From: a virus
Taxonomy: Duplodnaviria > Caudoviricetes
Strand: one strand, 5' to 3'
Virus record (IMG/VR): IMGVR_UViG_3300006149_000006
Span: 1-64,000 of that record
DNA length: 64,000 nt
In this document: piece by piece, positions 56,961-64,000 of the stretch
How the letters are laid out: each line of letters starts with the position of its first letter
Position numbering within the stretch: position 1 is the stretch's first letter
The notes under the pieces: generated by a model
Databases searched by the model: none
What the model saw: only the letters and a program-made list of their open reading frames with translations
What the model was told of the DNA's origin: nothing
Translations under genes and position numbers: made by a program

Positions 56961-56988
56961 TCTTATTTCACCTCCATAACAGATGTTC

Positions 56989-57456
56989 TTACTCTTCCCA
57001 ATAATATAAATCCGGTCTTTTTACATTTTTTATTTTTACTGGCAGTTTTGATTTGCTTTTAAAATTCCTAATTCCTTCCTCAACAAAATGTTCTGCTTTA
57101 CGATAGACCCATCGTTCCTTATGGTAAAAACCGTCAAAGTACCAATCCTTCTTTACAGTAAAGCCGTCATTTATTAGCCAAAAAACATTTGCATATTTTT
57201 GATTGTGCTCATTGAAAATAGACGGCCTCTTCGAATTTTGAATTTTCAAGACAACAGACAAGGAATTACCTGTTACATCAATATCGGCAATATCAGCAAC
57301 AGAAATGCAATTCCCCATCGTTTCTCGGTTAATTCGTTCCTGAATACATTCTCTTAATAGGTTTGCAGCGTTCACTAATTCCTGTGAAAATGTCAGACCT
57401 GATTTTGACTTTATCTTAGTAATATCAATATTTTTAATAACCTGTTGTAATGACAT
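56989..57456 (-). CDS. Tail-region hypothetical protein
   Basis: ORF directly upstream of the tape measure gene. Confidence 0.6.
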   Translation of the reverse strand: MSLQQVIKNIDITKIKSKSGLTFSQELVNAANLLRECIQERINRETMGNCISVADIADIDVTGNSLSVVLKIQNSKRPSIFNEHNQKYANVFWLINDGFTVKKDWYFDGFYHKERWVYRKAEHFVEEGIRNFKSKSKLPVKIKNVKRPDLYYWEE

Positions 57457-57457
57457 T

Positions 57458-58075
57458 TTATTTTGTGACAGGAAATGAAATCACATCTTCATCTATTTTC
57501 GGGATACTATTCTTAAATAGTTCAATCAATTCTGTAAATGAATCAGGATCTTCCTCTATTTCAGATCTAAATTTATCTATGACATTTTTCATTACCGTCA
57601 ATGAATTAGACTTTTTGCGGATACGGACTTCCTTCATATAAGCAAGTTTGTCATTTACCATCTGCTTCAACTCACTAACCAATGTCTGATAATTTACATC
57701 ATTCACATTCTTGACCAGATTAACAGCTTTGCACAGTTCATATGTCTTCTCAATGTCAACAACGTGTTTATTGTCACTGTCATCCACTTTGTTAAGTCCA
57801 CTCTCAAAAACAGGAATATTTGTTGTCATCTGAAGCAATGTAATAATAAACACCGGATCAAGATATTCAGGCATAAAATCACCGTTATCATCAAAGCACG
57901 CATTTACCACACGATTTACGAAAGCTCCTTTTTCCGGAATAGTCAATGCTGTTTTAATCTCAACTTCAATCACTACATTATTATTTGAATCTGTTAATTT
58001 CAAAACAGTATCTCTGTTTTGCAGCTTATAAATATCCATCAATTTGTTAATAGATTTCTTTGTAATTTTAGCCAT
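57458..58075 (-). CDS. Hypothetical protein (possible tail assembly chaperone)
   Basis: RBS aaggag + ATG; position in the operon. Confidence 0.55.
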   Translation of the reverse strand: MAKITKKSINKLMDIYKLQNRDTVLKLTDSNNNVVIEVEIKTALTIPEKGAFVNRVVNACFDDNGDFMPEYLDPVFIITLLQMTTNIPVFESGLNKVDDSDNKHVVDIEKTYELCKAVNLVKNVNDVNYQTLVSELKQMVNDKLAYMKEVRIRKKSNSLTVMKNVIDKFRSEIEEDPDSFTELIELFKNSIPKIDEDVISFPVTK

Positions 58076-58152
58076 TTTAATACTCTCCTTTGTAATAATA
58101 ACAATAAACTGCCCTAACAACATTTTGTTAGGACAGCTCCATAGATTCGATA

Positions 58153-58752
58153 TTAGCGCTCAGCCATTTCTATTCGTTCAAATTGCGCTAGATTTAACAT
58201 TACAGTTCGTTTTGGATCGGACGTATGATCTACTATGGCAGTCGCATTTCCATCAAGAAATTGGTAGTATTCAAGAACGATAAGCGGTTCACGACCATAA
58301 TTTTCTCTATACTTAACTTGTCCATAGTAACTTTTGTCGGAATCTTTAAGCCAGATTCTAACCCACATATCAGGTTTCAATACGTCATCCCAAATATTTT
58401 GATGAATAGTCCTTGATATTCTGAATAAAGTAAATGCTTCAGAAATTTTATGAGATGTGACTATCTTAACAGAAACATATCCTGCTAATACACTGAAACA
58501 AAAAACATAAATTAAGTATAAATAATCTGACGTTTCCCAAGTTAAATGAGCAAAGAAAAGTAGACCATTATAGAGAGGAAATAGAACAAAGCTTGCAATA
58601 ACACTATTTAAAAGAATATTCGCGGTTTGAGATACCGTGTTTTCATCTTTATATAAAATATACCGATATACTGAAAGAAATAAATATCCCGGAACCACAT
58701 AAAGCAAAAATTCCGTTAAATGCTCAATCAAAGTAAAAATCCAACTATTCAA
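58153..58752 (-). CDS. DUF6338-like membrane protein (moron)
   Basis: VPGY, three TM helices, .WD and Y.G motifs. Confidence 0.65.
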   Translation of the reverse strand: MNSWIFTLIEHLTEFLLYVVPGYLFLSVYRYILYKDENTVSQTANILLNSVIASFVLFPLYNGLLFFAHLTWETSDYLYLIYVFCFSVLAGYVSVKIVTSHKISEAFTLFRISRTIHQNIWDDVLKPDMWVRIWLKDSDKSYYGQVKYRENYGREPLIVLEYYQFLDGNATAIVDHTSDPKRTVMLNLAQFERIEMAER

Positions 58753-58763
58753 CAGCCTCCCTC

Positions 58764-58859
58764 CTATTTATTTGAATTATCTGGTTTTGGTGGATTATTA
58801 CCACTATTCCCGGTTGTCTTATTTGTATACGTGTTAGGAACTTTTTTGTCTTGAGCCAT
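58764..58859 (-). CDS. 31-aa Asn/Pro/Lys-rich peptide
   Basis: RBS aggagg; promoter TTGTCA-17-TATAAT upstream. Confidence 0.6.
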   Translation of the reverse strand: MAQDKKVPNTYTNKTTGNSGNNPPKPDNSNK

Positions 58860-58977
58860 GATATAGCCTCCTATGATAGAATTGCTCATATTATAACATA
58901 TATTAGACTCCTTGACAAGTTAGTCATAGCGTTTTGATTATTGTCAATACCGTTTTATCGGTACAGTTTTATGAACT

Positions 58978-59574
58978 TTAAGTTATTGTAACCTCAAAAA
59001 TATCTCCCCCTATCGTATCGTCAAATTTGTAAAGTCCTCTAATAAATTTCGTTATATAATCAAGCATCTGTTTATGCGTTTTGCTTGCTTGAATAAACTC
59101 ACCAATTACCTGAAGTATTTTCCCTTCCATTTCTTCCAATCTTGCTGGTAATGCACAAGAAATGACAAATCCAGAATCTGGCTCTCTAATTGTTGTACTT
59201 ACCTCATGATTCACTGGATCAAAATGAACTTCACGAATAGAGAATTTTCCTTTAGAGTCTTTCCCGCCAATTATATAGTTTCTAGAAACATAGAGGTCAA
59301 ATTTCTGATTTTGAAGATAATCAACTGATGCTTTATATGCCATTTTAGGCGTAATAATATCTTTTACAGGATAAACGTTCAACGGATCAAGGATTCTCTC
59401 TTTCATCGAAAACATGCCAGTTCCGCCAAAAACGACACGATTATTGACCTTAAACACTTTGGGGAACGATTCGTCAAGAATTGGATTTAATAAATCTGGC
59501 ATAGGATCAATCTTGCGTCCGTCTGAAATCATAGAGCAAAAATTTTTGCCACAAATACTAATAACAATACTCAC
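58978..59574 (-). CDS. Ntn-hydrolase/proteasome-subunit-like protein (moron)
   Basis: M-S start, SDGR, KVFK and G.TG; own promoter TTGTGA-17-TATAAT. Confidence 0.55.
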   Translation of the reverse strand: MSIVISICGKNFCSMISDGRKIDPMPDLLNPILDESFPKVFKVNNRVVFGGTGMFSMKERILDPLNVYPVKDIITPKMAYKASVDYLQNQKFDLYVSRNYIIGGKDSKGKFSIREVHFDPVNHEVSTTIREPDSGFVISCALPARLEEMEGKILQVIGEFIQASKTHKQMLDYITKFIRGLYKFDDTIGGDIFEVTIT

Positions 59575-59708
59575 AAAAAACACCTCTCTAGGTGCTATTA
59601 TACCATGCATTTTTTCACCTCACAAGCAAAACATTTGTACGTTTCAGATTTGACTGAACCTATATAATCCCCAGATACAGGCGCCTATCATAAACAAAAC
59701 TGCTATCA

Positions 59709-60200
59709 TCATTCAAATCCCTTTCTCTGCTGATTCCGTTTTCGCTCTGCTCTTTGCTTTTTTACAAACTCATAGTCGCACCATCCACCATCAATTTGTG
59801 AATAGCAAATCCACTTATAACAAACATTTGGATATGTAAACCAAAAAAGCTTCCTCTTCAGTAATGCCGTTTGATCAGGATACCCTTTTGTATCAATCAC
59901 CTCTTCCCGTCCATCTTTGTAACGGACAAAAAAATCTGCCACATATTTGACAGGCTGGACAGTTTTATTGTCGTGAATAAATTTTGGTTGTAGCTCATAT
60001 GGCTTCTGCAATTCGCAGTAAGCTATATCGCCACTTTCCACCAATGGACAAATTACATCACGATAATATTTCATCTCCAATCTTGAATCAAAAACAATGC
60101 CATTATGTGTTCTCTTTCGTAAATCATCGCTTACGTTAAATTTTGAAGTTTTAATGGATATCACTCCTATCTTAAGCCGAGATAAAAAGGAGGGAATCAT
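59709..60200 (-). CDS. DUF1064-family PD-(D/E)XK endonuclease
   Basis: FDS..E..YY, LQ..Y.L, Y.ADF, DTKG and K.KLF motifs. Confidence 0.85.
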   Translation of the reverse strand: MIPSFLSRLKIGVISIKTSKFNVSDDLRKRTHNGIVFDSRLEMKYYRDVICPLVESGDIAYCELQKPYELQPKFIHDNKTVQPVKYVADFFVRYKDGREEVIDTKGYPDQTALLKRKLFWFTYPNVCYKWICYSQIDGGWCDYEFVKKQRAERKRNQQRKGFE

Positions 60201-60487
60201 CCCTCCTCTATCTTCTCGTCTATAATACTTGTTTCTCGCCTGTGTCCGCGAACATGTTTAGGCGTTAAATCATTATTTTCAGGCTTCTCCACTTCCATAG
60301 ATACTATTGCATCAAGGGGATCAGAAGACTTATTACGTGCAGCCTGAACACGGCGAAAATATTCAATACCACATTCAGGGCAGCAAGCAACTCCGCGATA
60401 ATTAAACGCGCCAAGTTCACTACTTGTCTTATTGCATGGAACAAACATTTTTCCACACACACGGCATGGAATCGTACGTACTGACAT
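60197..60487 (-). CDS. Zinc-finger hypothetical protein
   Basis: CxxCG..F..C ... CCxxC. Confidence 0.65.
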   Translation of the reverse strand: MSVRTIPCRVCGKMFVPCNKTSSELGAFNYRGVACCPECGIEYFRRVQAARNKSSDPLDAIVSMEVEKPENNDLTPKHVRGHRRETSIIDEKIEEG

Positions 60488-60502
60488 ATCCTACTACCTC
60501 AA

Positions 60503-61312
60503 TTATGCCGCATCTTCCGCTAATTTGCCGAATACCGTCATATCCCAGAACTTAGTGCTGCCATTATTGCAAGAAGAAGCAATACTGGTTGCCTCGAATC
60601 CATGCGTTGTCTGGCTATCGCCCATCCCAAGATCAAACGAACCAGTAAAATCCGCATACGGAATAAAGAACTGTACATGATATTCATTCTGACACTTATC
60701 CTTAGCAAATGCATCAATATACAGCTCTAAAGTTTCAGAATACTGATCAGAGATATTACTAATCACATCACCTTCTACGTTACGAGTGTAGTAAACGACA
60801 ATATCTGTACCATCAGCAAGCTCACCTTCAGCAAACGTCAGTTCCTTCGTAGCAGGATCAAAAGCAAATTTTCCTTCTGCGGCAGCAGCATCCTGCGTCA
60901 TACGCTTGTTAATAGTGCTATCCGAATTCTTGACAATAACTTCCTGAATTTCATTTCCAATAGTGCCGACTGCTTTATAAGTAATTGTGGCCTTGTTCCC
61001 ATTAACCTTCAGATAGTCAGGAAACTTTACAGGCGTGGACGTTCTATGCTCACCAACAGAGCCAACCTCCGCCTCAATCAGACCAAGGTTAATCATACCA
61101 CTGGTGCCAGAAACCGTAACAGACTTATTCCGCTTCAGCTGACCAATGGTGCGACCGCCCTTGCCGGCCATAGCCGTGTTCTCCTGGCTGTTCGCAATCG
61201 TGGCATTCTGCAACTCATCCATCGTAAATCGATATGTGCCGCCGTTAATACCAAACGCCATAATCGTCTCAAGACTAGAAATAGTCAAATTATCAACCGT
61301 AAGAGTAGACAT
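60503..61312 (-). CDS. Major tail tube protein
   Basis: Size, position and beta-rich composition (GG.G...I, F.L.M). Confidence 0.7.
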   Translation of the reverse strand: MSTLTVDNLTISSLETIMAFGINGGTYRFTMDELQNATIANSQENTAMAGKGGRTIGQLKRNKSVTVSGTSGMINLGLIEAEVGSVGEHRTSTPVKFPDYLKVNGNKATITYKAVGTIGNEIQEVIVKNSDSTINKRMTQDAAAAEGKFAFDPATKELTFAEGELADGTDIVVYYTRNVEGDVISNISDQYSETLELYIDAFAKDKCQNEYHVQFFIPYADFTGSFDLGMGDSQTTHGFEATSIASSCNNGSTKFWDMTVFGKLAEDAA

Positions 61313-61355
61313 ATTTACCCCCTCCTTTTATTTTGAAAATATTAAACGCCAGAAA

Positions 61356-62084
61356 CTAATCCGGCGATAACCAACTTATTTTTTCTGTATCAATTTTATT
61401 GATATCTACCGACCCGAAGTAAACACCATTCATTGTTTGTTCCCAATGCTTTTTCTTTTGAATTTGCCTCCAGCTTGCATTCAATTTATATATACTAATA
61501 TCCATAACAGTTTCATAATTATACGGAAATTCTTCTGTATTCACAAGAGAAATCACCATATTTTCTAAAAATGAAATATATGGCTTTTTTGCACGCCTTT
61601 TTTTCTTCATTCTCGCACGTTCAATTTTGTATCTTTCCGCCTCTTCATTTCCTGCTTTCGTCATTAGTGCTTCCCAGAAGTGAATCTTACGAATTGCATT
61701 ACAGACTTCGAGAGCTATCATCCGATCAATTATTATATTATCTTTCTCGTTCCATAATATGTTTTCTCCATTTTGATTATTTATAGTCTCAGTAAAATTT
61801 CGTAAGTTTAGATTCGGGAATAATATAGATGTATCTTCCTCGCTTCCTGCCAAAGATAATAATATCAATGAAAACAATTTAAACTCAGTAAGGGATTTAT
61901 AATCTATACCGATTTCATCAAGCTCAGCACACATATCGTAAGGCCTTGAAATAAGACTTTGTGCAATGCTATAATATTTTTGGTCTCCAAATTCAAAAAT
62001 TTCATTTACGGTTGGAACATGAACAGAAATTTTATCGTTTATTCTATATTCGTTTGATTTTAATAGATTCGGCTTTTGTATCAA
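61356..62084 (-). CDS. Tail assembly hypothetical protein
   Basis: PT..EI and M.IY.L...GVY.G.V motifs. Confidence 0.6.
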   Translation of the reverse strand: MIQKPNLLKSNEYRINDKISVHVPTVNEIFEFGDQKYYSIAQSLISRPYDMCAELDEIGIDYKSLTEFKLFSLILLSLAGSEEDTSILFPNLNLRNFTETINNQNGENILWNEKDNIIIDRMIALEVCNAIRKIHFWEALMTKAGNEEAERYKIERARMKKKRRAKKPYISFLENMVISLVNTEEFPYNYETVMDISIYKLNASWRQIQKKKHWEQTMNGVYFGSVDINKIDTEKISWLSPD

Positions 62085-62575
62085 TTTCCAGCACCTGCCC
62101 GTGAATCCCCGTTTATAGTCGGTCTATTAAATTCTGTTACAGAATATTCCAAAGCAACACCATGGAAACTTTGACATGGATTAATATCATTTACACTCAC
62201 CAATTTCATCCTATCAACACCCAAATCCAAACTCCCATTAAACAAATCCTCTATACGTTCCGCAATTAAATCATAACGCAGACCATTGCTTGTACGTATG
62301 TTGTTCTGATGTACAAACACATAAAATACGAGAGTGATATTTTTAAACGTCTTATTCATTACATCCGGTATGTGAATCCGATGACAAACAAATGTTCCAG
62401 TATCTTTGATAACATCAGGTGTATATGCATAAGGAAATATTCGTTTATATATCAGTTCTCTATCTGGAATCAAAGAACCAGGCTTATCATTAACTAAATC
62501 TACAATGGTTTGATCACTACAAAGCTTTTCGTTAATTTTACTGCGAAATTCCCTCAGCTCATGCAACATTGCCAT
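62081..62575 (-). CDS. Tail terminator-like protein
   Basis: IFPY.Y.P and R.D.I...I...FN motifs. Confidence 0.6.
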   Translation of the reverse strand: MAMLHELREFRSKINEKLCSDQTIVDLVNDKPGSLIPDRELIYKRIFPYAYTPDVIKDTGTFVCHRIHIPDVMNKTFKNITLVFYVFVHQNNIRTSNGLRYDLIAERIEDLFNGSLDLGVDRMKLVSVNDINPCQSFHGVALEYSVTEFNRPTINGDSRAGAGN

Positions 62576-62587
62576 TCTTGTATCACC

Positions 62588-63364
62588 TCAAATCCACAAC
62601 TCTGTTTTATCTTTAAGTTCAGCACCTGTACCAATCGGATCAAATACATAATCTGCAATCATTAATTCTTTATTGTCTCGCTTAGGATCAAACTGATCTT
62701 CTGCAACAGTCAAATGAATATATCCATGATCACCTGCATCCGAATAACTGATTGTATCGGCTTGTTTTACTTGAAAAGCTGTCGGTATTTCTAAATTCCT
62801 ATCCATTAAAAAGCGAAATCCACTATCTATTAGGCGCGTATGTTCATCAAAAGTAATATATACGATCATCTGAGATGTTCCGATAGTTATGTGTAGCTCA
62901 TGGTCATATCTGTCAGTTTCACCGCTGCCATACTGAGTCGAGTTAATAACACTGATTGGATATTCAACAATTTCCTTTGTTAAAGGCGAATAGAACTTTA
63001 TCTTATGATTGCAAAAAGACAATGTTCCTTCCCATTGAATTCCATGCAGATTACTGGCATTAACGCACAGCCAATAACCATGTTCAGGCCATGGGATAAT
63101 GTCTCCCATATAAATAGGTTCATCAATCATTGTTTGAATTTTTGCTTGTGCTGGTGATGTAGAACGATACCGCTGAGAATAAATGCGCGGATGAATCATT
63201 CTTTCTGAATTCCATACAGTTACACCATCAGGAATATAAGAAGGATCATCCGCAAAAGTGTGTCGAACCAAATGTAGTGCATTCTCAATTTGTTCCTTAC
63301 GTATGGTTGTCCCTCCGGCATTCATCCTACGAATAAAGTTTTGATATCCGCCAATAAAAACCAC
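62588..63364 (-). CDS. Head-closure/neck protein
   Basis: GD.I.W..YWL and CN motifs; position. Confidence 0.55.
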   Translation of the reverse strand: MVFIGGYQNFIRRMNAGGTTIRKEQIENALHLVRHTFADDPSYIPDGVTVWNSERMIHPRIYSQRYRSTSPAQAKIQTMIDEPIYMGDIIPWPEHGYWLCVNASNLHGIQWEGTLSFCNHKIKFYSPLTKEIVEYPISVINSTQYGSGETDRYDHELHITIGTSQMIVYITFDEHTRLIDSGFRFLMDRNLEIPTAFQVKQADTISYSDAGDHGYIHLTVAEDQFDPKRDNKELMIADYVFDPIGTGAELKDKTELWI

Positions 63365-63405
63365 CTTCCTCTAATATAATCTTGCTATATTGTTGGACAA
63401 ATTTC

Positions 63406-63822
63406 TCAAGTGCTATTTTTTTTAATCCACCTATACCGAGATAGTAACGTTTCTGTATTTTTTCTATAATTTTCGCGTACTTCCATGACTTTTCCTAGTT
63501 GATTTGCTGGAGAAAAAGCATTAAAATCCTTACTCGAAAGTGTTTGCTTAAGAGCAAGCGGAACGCGAATATAGTTGCTGTCAAGGTACTCGATAACCAT
63601 ATAGTTTGTTAAAATTTCAATCTCTGTATCTGTCAATTTACATCTAAATTTGACCTTATTCCGTTGTGATAAATCTTGTCTGCAGCCTCTAAAAGCTACA
63701 ATCGCCGGACGTAAATAATCTGAAAGAACCTCATAAATTTCAGATTCCTCCAGATTCAGAAAGTCATAATCTTTGATTTTAGATAAAACGCTTTCATATA
63801 GCACGGTGAATGGTGTCCCCAT
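63406..63822 (-). CDS. Head-tail adaptor-like protein
   Basis: TPF...Y...L.KI.D, L...EIEIL and S.AN.L motifs. Confidence 0.6.
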   Translation of the reverse strand: MGTPFTVLYESVLSKIKDYDFLNLEESEIYEVLSDYLRPAIVAFRGCRQDLSQRNKVKFRCKLTDTEIEILTNYMVIEYLDSNYIRVPLALKQTLSSKDFNAFSPANQLGKVMEVRENYRKNTETLLSRYRWIKKNST

Positions 63823-63836
63823 TAGAGATCGCCCCC

Positions 63837-64000
63837 TTACACCAGATTCATCAGCTCAATTCCCAGTTTCTTTTCGAGCAGACGGATAATCTTTACATTC
63901 TCGATTTTACCATCCCTGACATACTTTGTAACCTTATGCATAAAGTCAGCCTTTGCGCCTGCATCCAAACTGGAAATCAAGTCGCTTACCGCTTTAGAAT
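63837..64000 (-). CDS. Hypothetical protein, 5' partial
   Basis: Open frame ending LEKKLGIELMNLV*. Confidence 0.5.
   Translation of the reverse strand, partial: SKAVSDLISSLDAGAKADFMHKVTKYVRDGKIENVKIIRLLEKKLGIELMNLV

Larger units (their letters stand above)
1..64000. mobile_element. Large temperate siphophage (SPbeta-like organisation), Clostridia-type host; probably the excised or virion form
   Basis: Converging replication and structural arms, integrase with attP between them, tape measure, tail, holins and endolysin; no host housekeeping operon. Confidence 0.95.

Overview
The whole window is part of a large temperate siphophage of a Clostridia-type (Bacillota) host, organised like SPbeta. 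The + strand arm (1-20606) carries replication and nucleotide genes: a PD-(D/E)XK nuclease, dnaE, an ERCC4 nuclease, ligA, a ThyX-like protein, a dNMP kinase, nrdD split by two group I introns, nrdG, dut, and Tn916-type xis/int. It converges on an apparently intact attP (about 20610-20960). The - strand arm (22100-64000) carries head-tail and tail genes, a 2687-aa tape measure, baseplate and fibre genes, and lysis genes. The accessory content is the notable part. (1) Four tail-fibre/receptor-binding cassettes share an N-terminal MIxSxFP(-KQDKL-GQVVGFD) tag, and one is followed by a relic of a phi29-type packaging ATPase, suggesting capture from an unrelated podovirus. (2) Four separately promoted modules have ADP-ribosyltransferase-like toxins, two of them toxin-antitoxin-SecB chaperone (TAC) operons whose antitoxins end in -AA. 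(3) A promoter-driven structured RNA repeat lies ahead of a broken PBECR4-like RNase gene, a type III TA-like layout. (4) A captured att-spanning fragment of another integrative element sits between nrdG and dut. Family assignments come from motif recognition and memory, not from database searches.
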